A DNA stretch of 64,000 bases from Balanoglossus misakiensis. Taxonomy: Eukaryota > Animalia > Hemichordata. The notes under the pieces were generated by a model. The model did not search any database, had not been told where the DNA came from, and saw only the letters and a list, made by a program, of their open reading frames with translations. The stretch is from the NCBI GenBank assembly GCA_040954595.2, contig CM082582.2, positions 7,876,063-7,940,062 of the forward strand, written 5' to 3'. Numbering within the stretch: position 1 is the first letter of the stretch; every line of letters begins with the position of its first letter. The position numbers and the translations under genes were made by a program. Shown piece by piece: positions 15,601 to 30,000 of the stretch.

Positions 15601-18600
15601 TGCATTCGGGGGAAATTCGGCATCAGCCTAACGGGCGAATGTCAGGAATCCGGGAAAACAACAAATCTTGGGATGACATCCGGGTTGTCCTGTCAGTACG
15701 ATGCGAAGACATCCATCGGATGAACAACATAATATGGATGTACTCAAACAGTGACCTTTACTTGTCGTAAAAACCTGCCCTAATCTTCTGAGAATGGGTG
15801 TAATAAAACCTGCAGGGACACAGCCCATTTGGAAATTGATTGCTCAAATGTTTTGACATCTAGTTGGCATTTACTGTCAAATTTTAACGCGAATATTGAA
15901 TTAATGATTGATGCGGTGATTTGCAAGGCAGTTATCTGGTCAGAATGCCAGGTGGTAGTTATGTTCATTTGTTGGCGTGGAACCAGTTAGAAATAAAAAC
16001 AGGTGTTGTCATGAAGTGAGCAAGAGAAATTAATGTCGCCACTTTAGAAGCTTTATTTTTGTAAGGCAAATGGCATTTAAGTTAAAGACCTCATTACAGT
16101 CGTTTATTTCCAAAATTCCATGTGATATTGCTCACACAAATTGGCAGAACCTTTTCACTAGATCTGTAAAGATCATAATACTGACATAAAACAAATCCTC
16201 CGTCTGGTCTGGACTGTGTCAGACATGCTCAATTCGTTGCCATAACCCAACCGGTAATCCCATTTGTAGTCTGGCCCCAAGATCCCTTTCCTTTGTTTCT
16301 TATAATGAATTTCCGTTACTATGGCGACTTGATAAAATATACCTGTGGCTAAGAATACCTGATTTGGTGTCGGGTATCTGGGTTTTGTGCAAACATGACC
16401 GGTCACTGGAAGTAAACGCTGCTCTGTTCGTGAAAATTTAACGGATTAAGTGAGAAAACTATCTGACTCCCCATTTTTTACCAAATTTACGTAACTTGCA
16501 AGGGAAAGAAGAAGTAGAGGATCAGAGGTTGTCAGATTGGGAAATCCCACCGGCATTTTGCCCAGTTATTCTCTCTAGGTAGGACAGGGATGAGTCATTG
16601 AACCTTTGCGGTGAAAGGAATTCTGGGTAAAAGGTGTTGGTTAATCAGTGAACTCCCGGCAGTAAGTTTACTCAGTTGAGAAGTTAACTTGTGGCAGGCA
16701 GACAGGCAGGTCAGACAAGGACTTATAAACGGATCCCTTCTGGCCTGTTTTTGGATTCCTACCGTAACGGATTGAGAAATTCTCTATTATGTTTGTCTGA
16801 AAGAAGGTATACTACCAAGAAAAATGCTGGTAAGTTTTTGTTTTCTGTTGGAAGGGGGATACACTTCAGTCGGTACACTATACAGCACACACATAGAGGC
16901 TGTTGTTTGGAATGGAACCTACTGTCCGCCGCCACCACCACATGGACTGTGTCATAGCGGCTTAGTCCGGCTCTTTTGTGGAGTTGACGTTGTGTCCGGA
17001 TTTAGGGGTCCCGATGGAAGCCACTTTTCCTTTAGGAGTGAATGGGACCACGGAGAGGTGAAAGGGGCTTGCTCAGCTGACCGACTGAAGCAGAGAAATC
17101 CATTAAGCTAATGGGTAAACACAATGAGGACTGCACTGTTTGCGTCGCTAGAAACACCTGCTTGTCAGCCCTGATTGCGTTTTACTTTTCTCTGTCGTAA
17201 TTTTCTGACTTCGAATTAAACTCGAGTTGCCACTTGCACAGGCTGTGGCCAGAAATGTGTCTGTCTGAAGTCGGGAAGGCCTTTGATTGTATCATTTCCT
17301 GTCCACAGGGCATATACCTGCAGTCATGTGGGGCCCATTGATACCCATCAACAAATTATTGTCTCTCTATCATTTTTGTCGCTGAGTCAATATTTGATGT
17401 GTTTGTGTATGTCCCCAGGCAAAAATGCCAACTATTTAGCATATTTCTGCGCACTTGGAAAGTAAAGATGTGTGATATGTACATTCTCATCCAACTTACA
17501 CTAATTTGAAGAGGTGTAAATAACCCATGAAGTTGGCCAAGAAACTAGTAAATTCTTTATGTTGGCAGTCATATATTAAGGTTTTGTTGATCTCGTGAAA
17601 TTTAGTACTGTTTGTCTCTATAGTGAGACTAAATATAAATCAACCCAGTAATACCACAGTTATTTGTTTCTCAATCTGATCGCAAAGTTCACACCAGCCA
17701 AGTTAACAATACCACTGATCAAGGCCAGGACCCGTTGAGGCCAAGCGGGCATGTGGAGAGTTCAGTCAGTAGGTTGAAAATTGAATCACAAACATTTATG
17801 GAAAGTATACTTGTACTTTTTTGTTCCCTTCCGTAAATGGCGTTATGAAGACGTGGATCACGTCTGCGTCGGTGAATCAGTCTGGTTTCTTTGCTTCCAG
17901 TGACGTAAATGAAGTTAGTCTTACGTTTTGTTTGCTCGCCTCGGAGCGGCGGAAGGGCAGACGCACACAATGCCCCAGTACCGAGAATAGAATGATCGCA
18001 ACTACTACCTATGTAAACAGCTGGCGCACCTTTATTCTTAGGGCACCACAACAATTTGTGTAGGAAAAAAAGGAGGAAAAATAATCTCGGCAACTCAATT
18101 GACTTTTTTTTTCTGTCGTACCTGTTTACCTGTTGCGAAGTGTTCTCAGCTGTAGCCGTGAAAAACACGGCCTTCGTGAGTTCATCCTTTCTGAAGAAAT
18201 AAAAAAGAATCTGTCAGGTTTTTTGTGTGAACAGGATGTGACCTCTGAGAGTCTCGACTTGACCCTGTGTTAGGTATTACATGTGACTGTGGGTGTGGTG
18301 GGTTGACCACTGAAGTATCGGTGGTTTCTTCTAGGAGGGTCGCCATAGAGGAATGTTTCTCGTCTGATTGTGATCCTTTCGAGAGAGAAAAAATATGTGG
18401 GAAGAAAAGATGTACTGAGGCTGTGGGTAGTGTTTACATAACAGGCTCATGACAAGGACAGCATTGCAAATTCGTGATTTTCTTCTTTGAGAAGATGACA
18501 CACACACCAGCCAGTCAGACTACATTTATATGTTTGATGATTAACTTAATAGCTGAAAAGTATACAGTGATCCTAATGGAAAAAATTAATCCTGTGTGTT

Positions 18601-21600
18601 TGTTTAGGTTGCAAATTATGTGCATTGCTGCCATCACACAAGATGATGTTCCTACATGTTTTGTTGAACTGTGACATTTTAACAAGAGCTACAGAGACAT
18701 GTAATACGAATTAAGCCACGTTAACTAGACACTAGGGTTGTTTTTAGAAGAAATATGAACACGCTGATGTCATCACGATCGAAGCCTATACTGGTGCTCT
18801 TACTCTTGAAGTGACTCACTGAACATACGACATGCCAAACTCATAACAAATAAATACTTCTTCGTTTTTATTTTGCCCAAGAAAAACTTTTTCAAGATTT
18901 GTCATCTGGGCATGGCATGGACCACCGTGTTGGTTTTGCTGATTAAAGTCAGCAAGCAACAGCTGTGATGAAACCATATGAGTCATTAAGCCAACATAGC
19001 TGTCCAGATGAACTTGGATGTGTGTACATATGTACATCCATATCTATGGTACATGTGTGCCTTGATAACCACTTTGGATAGTTTCTGTGTGTATGATACA
19101 ATAAGATTTCTGTGTAATACTGCCTCACAACAGGAAGTTGTCAAAGGAAATTGCGGTTGCTGACTTTCCTCTCTGTGTTACACAGTTTCCTTTTCTTTCG
19201 TCCCGATATGAAATTTATGTGCGTTTTTGTGTGTGCGTCGTTTCGCAACAGTACAGCAAAATTTTATTGTGGGAAGTTACACATGGGAAGTTATAACCCA
19301 GAGTTGGTGCTCGTCAGTGGTTGTTTGTTTCTCTGTTCTTCAGCGTACATTCTTTGAATAAAATCGCTTTCATGCCCCATTAATTAAATACCCCTGCCTT
19401 GTGGCCACAGTAGTCAGTTGCAAAATACCGTACTAAAAACTTATGCTCAGTACACCATGTCTTTCACATTTTTATCATCTGACACATTGGTACAGACATT
19501 GGCACACAATGGCAGGGCCAGATCAGGGTCTTCAAGGTGATTGTCTTTTACTTGACCCGATCTGATAAAAGGTCTGCGTCAAGGTCATCAGATAGCCCAA
19601 CAATTAGGCATGAACTAGGCACGACCTCATGTGAAGTTGAGTGTCGTATAGGGACCCACAAAGGAACTGTCTCTCACAAGTTAAAACATGTCCTATTTGG
19701 ATAGCGACCAATGCCAAAGTCAGATTGCAAGGTAGTCGCTATTTTTAATTCGGTGATAAAAGAAATAAACAAATCAGATGCCCATGTAGTGTTTCCGTTC
19801 TACAGACTTTCTTTTTTTAGGGAGCGTGAACATTGTATCAAGTGGAATGTCAAAAGTTTGTGGTTGCGGAGAGCACAGACATTCCTTTTAATGAGAATAT
19901 GAAATCTAATATGGTTCCCTTCTGTTGCCCACAGCGAGTACTGGCCAAGGCTCTCTACGACAATCTGGCGGAAGCCCCAGATGAGTTGGCGTTTCGGAAA
20001 GGAGATATTGTGACGGTGATCGAGCAGAATACCAACGGTTTGGAAGGATGGTGGTTGTGCTCGCTCAACGGCAGGCAGGGCATTGCCCCGGGAAACCGGC
20101 TGAAGTTACTGGCCGGAATGTACGATAACCCGTACGAGGTCAAGAAACTGGGGGGACTCTCGCCCCAGCACAAACCGAAACCACAGAGGACGAGTTGGGA
20201 AACGTCACCCGCAAAGGTGAGTTCGATTGAACAGTACAACATCCCTACCGCTCAACTACAGCTTCAAGTGAAAGATTGATATGTGCCCTATGTACTCCAA
20301 TTTTTGTAGTCTGCACCTTGAAAATCAAAGTCTTAAACTTTTTTCTCGCATTTTGCTCAAGGCAACTTAGGCTATTCTCTCTTTAAATTGAGAATAAAAA
20401 TTGGGGGTCATTGTGAAAAATTTTGAATGGAGAGAGCAGAATTGTCCCAAATTTGAAATTCAAAATAGCCGCCAATCTATGTTAACTCTATTGAGAGAAA
20501 TTAATGTAGTGCTTTTTTTTTAAAACACCTTATTTTAAAAAGACGCCTCCCACACTTTGATATAGCTTTAACAAATTGAAAAGTTTAGATGACCACTGGC
20601 ATTTTATTTTTGAAAATCTGTCCCTGGGGTGCCTACTACTGTGTTTGTTCAGCCATTATCGTCAAGACTGTGACCACTTTTCTTTGAGTCTGCGAGATCA
20701 GATTATAATCAGACTTCTACATGTAGACCTCTGCTATCAAGTTTCACCTGAAGCTGAATCAGAAAACTTTATCTCCATTTCTCCAAGACCACAGTTTAAG
20801 TTTTGGCTTCAGGCTAGAAAAGAACCAACATTTAATAGACTCCTGTTGGTGCAGAAATCTTGAGTAATATCTTGGCCAAGAGCTATGTCCATCAATTAAG
20901 ACTCCAAACTATGCCAGAAATCTTGTTGTTAGACTCTTAGTGGAGAGGGTACAAGACTGCACATTTTGCTTTAAATCTAAGCTCTATTGTACTTCCTGAT
21001 AAAAAAAATCCAATAGAGGAAGTCTTGTGGCTGATGTTAGTGACTTGAAAACAAACTGAGGTGACCGACTCCTTGCAATTCTTTTGATTTCATTATTGTT
21101 GAGATGGGTACGGGCGTAAACACAAAATCATTTCCCCAGAGTTGTCTTTCGAAAAGAACGGATTACTCAGTCAAACAGGTGTCAGAGGTCCAGTATTTGT
21201 TGATCAAAGTAAATAACCGTGTGATTGCATTGTGTGACGTGGGGGATTTGTCATCTCTCAAACAGAGTGGACAGAGGAACACCCGTATGCCCTTTGTTTG
21301 GAAAAGGCTGACACCTAGCTGTTGCCTCTTCACAGCGACAAGGGGAAAACAAATACACCAAAAAAATAATAAATCATGTGAGAACTGTATCTTTTATGAT
21401 GGACAATCTCAAAAAATGATAAAAGATATTTGAGGACTGACAGATTTGTAACACTGATGTTCACTCAAATTCAGGTCAAACAAACTATATCAAATGAAAG
21501 AAAAGCTCCAAAGAAAAAAAAGTATTTATTTTTTTACAAGAGCATCAACTGTCTTGCCCTTTAGCATGTGTGGAAACTCGTAGTATATATACATGTAGTC

Positions 21601-24043
21601 TCAGATAAGACTGATTTGACAGTATGATACCCATAGACTAAACTTAACTTCTACAGATTTAACCCCTACTGAAACATGTTGTAAATTATATTTCCTGCAG
21701 GTGATGCTTCCACAGAGAATGGGACAGATGTATTACTACGATAGCCCTGGTAATATCAAACGTGATCTGCAGACAGAAGACCAACAGGAGGACTACGACG
21801 TACCACCATCCAGGTATCCTCCGAACGTCCAGATGCACGGTCAATATCAACAGGACACGTACGACACGCCGCGAAGTATGACTTCGAAAGAACAGCCATC
21901 ACCGCCAGAAGAGGTGTACGACGTCCCACCGACCCATCACCAGGTGGAGGGAGTCGAACCGACTGAGATATACGATGTGCCACCCAGCCATGGGTATCCG
22001 ACGGAGATATATGATGTACCTCCCAGCCACCAGCCGACCATGCCAGCATCATATCAGTCGCCTGTGCCGGTGAGCCACAAGGCACCCGTACAACCGACGG
22101 AAATATATGATGTCCCACCCAGCCACGCTGTCGGGCAAGGGCCTACTGAACTGTATGACATTCCTCCTAGACACGATGTGCCCGCTCAGTACGGTGGCCT
22201 TAGAGATGGCGGTCACTACGGTGGCCCCAAAGAAAGCAGTCCGTACGGTGGCCCCAAAATAGCCAGCCCGTATGGCAGTTCCAAAGAAGTGAAGAGGGCA
22301 CCTCAAGAACGCGAGGCGCTGACAAGGCCGACGAAGACCACCGAATTACCCAAATTCTTGGAAGAAGACTACGATATCCCCGTGGCGTACAAGGAGAAGG
22401 GCGAAATCTATGATGTGCCGCCTTCCATCAAAGTCGTCCAGGATTCCCAGGAGGTGTACGACATCCCGCCCAAACGAGCGCCGGACGCCAACATGGAAAT
22501 CTACGACGTTCCCAAAAGCATGGGGAACTTGTCCGGTAGTGAATACGACGACGATTATTCAGATTATGTGTACGACGTGCCGCCCCAAGTGACTAAGGAT
22601 AGGCAGGACGGTGTGATTGGGTCGACTTTGTCCCTGGCCAGAACCGGCGTGGACCGGCTGGACGCAGGCATGAAACAGATGACAGTTGGGAGCAGCAAAA
22701 CACTGCCGGGGAGGGAACTCAACATTGACTTGGATGCTGCAATGGACATGTTGGTGAAACTCCAACAGAGAGTGGACTCCTCCGTGACGCATTTACTAAG
22801 CTTTGTCAGCAGCAGTTGGAGGCGCAGGTCCAGCCTGGAGCCCAAGATTTACGACATCCGAGGGGCCTGCTATGTGGTCAAAGCAGTACTCAAGGACTTT
22901 GTGGAATTCTCAAGAGGTGCTGCTATCAACTCTGCCAAGGCAACCGATCACAATCTGCAGCGGAAGCTGAAGAATGATCTGCAGCCCTTGGAGGACACCC
23001 TGACAACGATCGGCAAATCGCTGGAGGCTTTGGACGACATGGACTGGCAGGTCTCCAAACTGTGCATGACCGAACACCTGAAAACGCCCGACGAACTCGA
23101 CCAGGTTGTAATGTGTGCGCGCAGCATGCCCGACGACGTGCGGCACTTGGCGTCCGTCATCCACGGGAACTCCACGCTTATATTCAAACGGGCGAGGCAG
23201 AACAGCAGCTCGCTGGTGCAGAGCCGTCCTCTGCCAGTGCCACCGGGATCCAAAGGCGTCTCCTCGCCCAAGCACTCGCCGTCCGGCAGTCCCATGGGCA
23301 CCCCGAGGCAGAAGGAAGCCGAGAATGAGTCGTCGCCCAACCATGTGGGCAAAGTCCGGCCGTTGCTGCGTGCACCCGGCGACAACACCGAACAAGGGTT
23401 GAAGACAGGCAACAAGTACGGCAAGGGCTGGCTGGACGACTACGATTATGTGCACTTGGAAGGCAAGGCCGCGTTCGAACGGCGGCAGAAGGAGCTCCTG
23501 CAGACAGGAGGGGATATCATCAAACAGGACCAGCAGCAACAGAGGCAGTTTCAGGACTTGGAGAAGGAGGCCACGAAACCGGTGAACAGCGACTCGTCGC
23601 AGTGGACGCCACCGAAAAGCAACCGGCAATCCTTGCTGGGCGCCAACGATAAGCACCTGCTCACCTTCTATGCAGATCAGATGGACGCCCTGATCACGTC
23701 GTTGAACAATGCCATCGATGCCTTCTTCAGCGCCATCGACTCCAACCAGCCGCCCAAGCTCTTCGTGGCGCACGGCAAGTTCGTCGTCCTGAGCGCGCAC
23801 AAGCTGGTGTTCATCGGCGACACGCTCTACCGCAGCGTGGACAGTAACGACATCCGCAATAAGGTCATGTACTCCACGGACCAGCTGTGCGAGTGCTTGA
23901 AAGTGACCGTGGGCTGCATCAAGACTGCGGCGCTGGAGTACCCCGCAATACAGGCTATGCAAGAGATGGTCGACCGGGTCACAGACATCTCCCAGGCGTC
24001 CCAGAACTTAAAACATCTCATCTGCCAGTTTGCGGTGTTATGA
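6601..24043 (+). CDS. BCAR1: Cas-family adaptor (p130Cas/BCAR1-NEDD9 pro-orthologue)
   Basis: First exon 6601-6621 (MAFPSTH|GTAAGT). SH3 exon 19935-20216 (RVLAKALYDNLAEAPDELAFRKGD...GWWLCSL). Large exon 21701-24043 carries about 16 YxxP motifs, the serine-rich helical bundle, RPLPVPP and DDYDYVHL Src-binding motifs, and the C-terminal Cas domain (HGKFVVLSAHKLVFIGDTL). Confidence 0.95.
10004..10012 (+). CDS. Candidate alternative first coding exon of Cas gene (MKK)
   Basis: ATG AAG AAG followed by the consensus donor AAG|GTGAGT; phase 0, compatible with the SH3 exon. Confidence 0.4.
11706..11720 (+). CDS. Candidate alternative first coding exon of Cas gene (MAVFA)
   Basis: GCAATGG start context; ATG GCA GTC TTT GCA|GTAAGT, phase 0. 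Confidence 0.55.
16824..16829 (+). CDS. Candidate alternative first coding exon of Cas gene (ML)
   Basis: AAAATG CTG|GTAAGT, strong donor, phase 0. Confidence 0.4.
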
Positions 24044-27000
24044 TGGTCATAAATGATCCCCTCTGTGATTGGGCCATGTGTAAATACTCCCACAGACAAT
24101 CTGTGCTGTCCCCCCAGTTCAAACCGTAAAAGTTAGAATGGACATTTGTGTTATTTTTTTTACACCAGCAGGCTTTCTGGACAAATTGAATTGATGGCTT
24201 GTTGCGCATGTAACCTTCTGACCTCGGGTCTCTCCTGGATAACGACAAGAACCTGTATCTCATCTACTCTGTTGATCGTGAAGGAAACAGAGTTGCTTAG
24301 AAACGCTCTCGTCTTTACAGTCTCCACTGACAACAGACTGCACTTACGGCAAGCAAACTCCGAGTAAATGGACTGATTTGTCAAACATCAGGTAGATTTA
24401 TAGATTCTGAATAGACTAGACACGTAGATTGGTTTTACATTGTGTTTGTTACTCATTTTGATAAGATAACGTCACTAGAGTAGGCAGCTGGCATGGAAGA
24501 CTCCGATGATGTAGAACGGTTCTGACAAACACAGGCTATCACACGCCTTCACAAGGAGAAGTGCTGGGTTTTTGTGTAGAGATGTAAATATTGAAACTGT
24601 CTGATGCAAGCTTGGAAATATTTATGGTTATATACATGTCGTATTTCAAACTGCCATGTGTTTCAATTCCTGCATGTTTCCTGTGTCTACTTCAGGGTTT
24701 TTTTTCAAAGTCGGCTAGACTTGTCTGGAGTAGAGAGAGAGGAGGGGGAAGAAACTGTAGTTGTTTCAGAAGTGCTTGCATGAAAAGTGTTGTCATTTAT
24801 TAGTGTTGATTGGTGACATGCACCTGAGCATAGATCCAACTCTATCAAGAAATGTCACAATTTGATAGCTGAGGAGTCGTTGATGTACATATATGCATGT
24901 ACTTATTGCAGTGAGGTATGCCTGTCCCATGTCTGCACTAAGTGCGAAAGAATCATGTGGAGTTTCAACTAAATTTCTATTATAGAATATAATTATCATG
25001 AAAGAGTACGTTTTTATCCATTTCATCTGATGTTCGTGTATATGATTGTTACTGGAATTTAATCTTAGTCTCATTTTCCTTGATTTTAAGAAAGAAAGTT
25101 TATCAAACAATGTTCTCATATTACTGTGTATATCGGCAACAACACATGAAAACTTCAGAGGTTATTTTTATATGGAGTCGAGTGTCAAGTTTTCTTATTT
25201 AATTTTTCTTGCATGATTAAAAAGAAATTGTTTCTTTTTTTCCTTTTACATTTCAAACATGTAATTCCAAAGTTTTAAATCAAGGTACGTGTGAGGTGCT
25301 TCAGGTGACTTTTTACGTGTGATACTTCACATCATATTCTTTTTGAGCTTAGCTGATGAGTTGGCGATTGCGGTCACGGAGATTACCGTAATATTCTTTG
25401 CGTGAAAGCTTTATCCCTGTAAGACCAGTGCAGCGTGGTCCAACCAAAGACTGAACAAAAAACGCGAAAAACTGCAACTCACAGACTCAGAACCGAGACA
25501 GCTGTTGGTGTTTTTGTACAAGTATCTAAAGTGTAAAATGGCAATGTTTACCTTCCTGTCTGGGAAGAACCCACAACACTACACCGTTGACAAGCACATG
25601 TAATGTTATAGAAACACTTAGGTGGGAGTAATAACTCATAGTTTGACAATGGCGTCCTCCGCAGGAGACATTTTGTTGGTGCTTTTCTTGTTTTGGACAA
25701 AAAAAGAAAGAACGCACTTTTAGGTTGTGTTTGAGTCATCATCATCACAATGGAAAGAATGTATTCTGTTGTTTGCTACAATATGCTGCCCATTTAGTAG
25801 GAATGTTAGTTGTACCCAGTCTGTGGCCAGGCAAAGCACGACTGCACTTACACACACCACTGAGTCAGACAGCTATCAGCAAAAGCAAAATATTCTTTCC
25901 ATAACTGTATTTGTTTCATACTGTCATAGCTAACAATCCGCAGTTGGTTTGGCAACCAAGTTTTTTCTCCGCAGCGGTTTTGAAACTACCGGAAACCAAC
26001 TCACTTAACCTTATGACCACCAAATTTGATATTTTCTATTTAAAAACCAAGATTTTTGATCAGAAACATCTGCAAATTTTGTTCCCAACTGTTTCAGTGT
26101 GTAAATTATGGAGGATGCGAGTTTCAGTCACAGGTCTTGTTTATCTGAAATTTGTTTTATCAGAGATTTGAAGTGGTTGTAAATTTTTTTGTCAAAGTTT
26201 CAACAAGACCTTTCGAGATAACTGAAACTGCTGATACGGTGGTCCCGAAAGTGGTGGAATTTCTTTTTAAGTCTGAAATAAAAATACTTTGAGTTTCCAA
26301 GCCATGACTCGAAAGCCTTATCGACTGTGCAAAGCCAGATATCGTGACATATTGATGGTAGGTCACGGGGTCACTCACACCAGTTTGTAAAGGGATCGGC
26401 TACCGATATCACGCACAGTGCTTGTTATTTTGTCTAACCGGAGAAAAATGCACCCATTAAACCTACTTCAGCCGATCATAAACACGACCTTTGACCTGAC
26501 ATCTGACGAAGGTCGCAACTTTTCTGTGTAAATCGCCACCTTCAAAAACAACAAAATCGTGCACTTCTCTGGCTGACGTCTCCATGGCGATATAAACTGC
26601 AAATATATCAAACACCAAACGGTTGCCCGGAGCTGCCAGTTGGTGTTCGTACCGAGACTAGTTTAGAGATATCCTAAGTCACTCCTTGAAACGTGCAAAT
26701 CTTTTGCTTCGAGCTGTAGATTTGATTTGAAATCACGAATAGGACATTGTAAGCCTGCCTTGCTTTTAACTTATGTAATATTGAATCAATCTTTTTTTTT
26801 ACATGACAGGGTAAATTTTCATGTTGATTTATATTTAATGAGTAGAGATTCTCACTATAGTGTCATTGGTGTTTTATGTGTCTCAGCAAACATGTTTACT
26901 GTGTAGGTGGTCTTTATTCATCTATGTCTGGAAATGTTTCGTGCAAATAAATATGCATTTTTTTCTCTTGAGGAAAAAACTGTGGTTGTTGTTGATTTAT

Positions 27001-30000
27001 GAAGTGGCTGTCATATGTGTGCATTCTTGTACGTGGTGTGGAATGGTGGGGGGAAAATGGTGCGGTGACGTACCCAGATTTTGAGATACATGTACCAACT
27101 CTTAGGCAGAACAAACAAAGATGTAAAAAAAATATAATTTATGTCAGAATTGGTACTCAAACATACGGTAGAATACAAAATTGCAAATTATACAAGATCT
27201 GAAGTGTGATTTGTGTGGCAGTGATGTCATCATCACATTAACTGGAATGAAGGGAGTGATCTCTGCTATAGCAATGTTTGGATGTCTGCGAGACGTGCGA
27301 CAGAAAAACAAAAATCTGAAAAAAATTCTGACCTGCCAATCGTATTTTTATAAGCATGATACTGGAACCAAATGTTGTGTATTGAAGCCTTGTGGCTACT
27401 GAGTTGTGTTTGGTTTGTGAGAGTTTGCTTCTGACTGTGCAGATGTTTTGAATATGAGAAAAAAATAGACAGATCCTCCTTACAGGGAATGCAAGTGGCA
27501 TTTTAGAACGGATGATAATTTCCCCCGTTTTGCGCTCATAACCCAGCTTCATAAAATTAATAATGCCCTTAAAATTTCTATTTTGGGTCCAAACTAGTTA
27601 AACAGTGTGTTCAGTTACTCATAATGGGTGTGTTTTTCTGATCGTAAAAGAGTGTTTTTAGGTTGACTGGTCTTGTTAATGCTGCATATCTTTGAAGGGG
27701 TTCAGGGTGTCTTTCAAAAAGTGTTGACAACTGCCAGCATTCTTGACAGTGAAATTCAATCAAGCTGTTAATTCAGTTGAGTACCTGTACGAAATTTTGA
27801 CAAATTTCGTCAGTTCAATGTAGCCAAAAATCTTTCATGCCAAAATGAAATGTTTACCCACTGTGTCTAATATTGTAATTTGTTAGAAAAAAAATCCAAA
27901 AATTATCCCTGCAGCCTATAGAGCTTAATACAAATGACTGACCTACCAATTGGACCTTCATGGTTCGATGAGCTGGCATAATAATGATTGAAAATAAACA
28001 CCTTGAGGGTGATTCTTTTTAGATGTGTGGACTGTGCAACTCGTGTTACCAATTTTCATCAAATTACACAAAGCTTCTTGTCTGGTTCATTGAAGGTGGT
28101 GTTGGGAAAAAATTCTGCTTGCTGTTATGCAAAGCACTCTCACACAAATAACCAGATCAATTTTTTATGTCTTGAAATATAATTCCATAACAGGGGACAT
28201 GGGAATGCCTGCAGTTCAATCAACTTTGTCCCATCCCAAGTTTCATTGCCCGACCCGCAGCCAGACATCCATTTTATGTCTTGCTTGTAAGTTTGTCAGA
28301 GAGGCAGAAAAATCCACAAGACTCGCGATAATGTACCTCAGGAACTGCTACTTGCAGTCTTCTGTAAATGTTTTATGTTGGTATTAAACTTTCCTCACCT
28401 GAGATGATGCTAACAGTCATTGTCATCACATTTATAGGTGTTTTGCTTTCGTGCCATAAAACTTGGTCTTTTATACTTGAAGTGGACTTTAGCAAAAGAC
28501 GTGTTAGTAATTCTGGTACAGCTAGGATTTACACATTCTCTGCAATTTTAGATAAAGAGATTGTATTTTGTTTTTTAAAGGCTACTGTTTGTTTTGGGGT
28601 GTTTTTCACCTCAAATGTCATTTTTGTGGAGATGTGAAAATTTATTGGTCTGTTCACACTGCCACTAAAATGAAGAATGCAAAACACGTCAATGATCAGC
28701 ATCCCTGCCACGGTATGACATTATCTGCGACATAAGCCCGACATAAGCCCGTGTTTGCCGAGGATTATATTTTAGATAACGCACAGACACTAACGTGACA
28801 GGTATATGTTGACTCCTGCCATACATAAATCACACTTCATTTGCACCTCCAGAACAAACACTTGAAAACTTAACCCAATTAACCCCAACCCTGATCCTTG
28901 TCTTTGTAAGCTGTCATGAAATTTGACAAACTACGTTGGTCGATCTGTTTTCAACATACCACCGTCCCGGGAGCACTGCGACTGATAAAATCATGCACCA
29001 TACATGCAAGGTTTGCTGGCGTAGATGCCATATGTATATAATGTGCATGCATATCCCGGTTTCAATGTCTTTTCCATTTTAGACGTTGCTGTAATGTAAT
29101 AGTAAGATGTTTCTCTTCATTCACCACAAAAGGGTGTTGACTTGATATCAGATACTCTTCTACGAAAATACTGGGTAGACATGTGGCAGAGTTGCTATGT
29201 GCCACTGACGAAATAAAAACCAAACATTGTTGTTTTGGGAGCACATTCTTGTTTCCGGATTTGGGCTAGACAGATTCAGAGCCCAAAGACAGACACAGGT
29301 AACACTGTGGGGGCGGGCGTCGGAAAAGTTGAGACTGGGTCATGTGTAATAGGAGAAGCCCTGTGGGTGGAAAAAAAACAAGGCAAGTGAAGGTAAAGAT
29401 CAACTCTGACCCTTCACCTTAGCTTTACCCTGTACATTCATTTTTCCAAGACCTGCAGAATCAAAAGTATCTTTTTTTTCTCAAACTAAAGAACTGCAGT
29501 GATGCAGAATTTAAGCAAACATTAGGTCGATCAATTTAAACTCTGTTAAATTGTGAGAGTGTATACAAATATTGTAGAAAGACCCATCAGGAAGCCTTTA
29601 GGACAAATCTCAAACATAACATGCATCACACTGACAGCTCAAATATACAAACAGTGCAGGGGAGGAGAGAAAATAGGTGGGTTGAGTGTGTAGGGAGGTG
29701 CGATTACAATGTCAGTGGGACATCCCTGTCCTGAGCCAAACACTCAGTATGAGACAGGGGGGGGGGGGGGATATGGATGTGTCACAGTCCCAACCCATAA
29801 TCACAATTCCACAATGTACTATGTAATGGATATAAACAGACAAATGATGCCGGCTTCAATCATAACAAACATGTTTTATGAGGGAAAATAAACTGCAAGA
29901 CAAACCCCCATGGAATGGGTGGGGAATGTTTACACAATAGTGATGGAATTGAAATTGTGATGAAATGGGGGAATGGAATGCTATCTGTGAGTGATCACGC

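Noticed and set aside
15545-15650. HDV-like ribozyme suggested by GGCGAATG
   Set aside because: P1, P3 and L3 elements could not be formed.
20283-20640. Possible fragment of a dispersed repeat in Cas intron 2
   Set aside because: Looks repeat-like, but there is no second copy or paired termini in this window to support it.
22910-23962. 350-aa antisense ORF over the Cas exon
   Set aside because: Shadow of a GC3-rich coding strand; no recognisable domain.
25345-25415. Hammerhead-like CTGATGA...GAAA
   Set aside because: No room for stem I and no proper closing pair for stem II.
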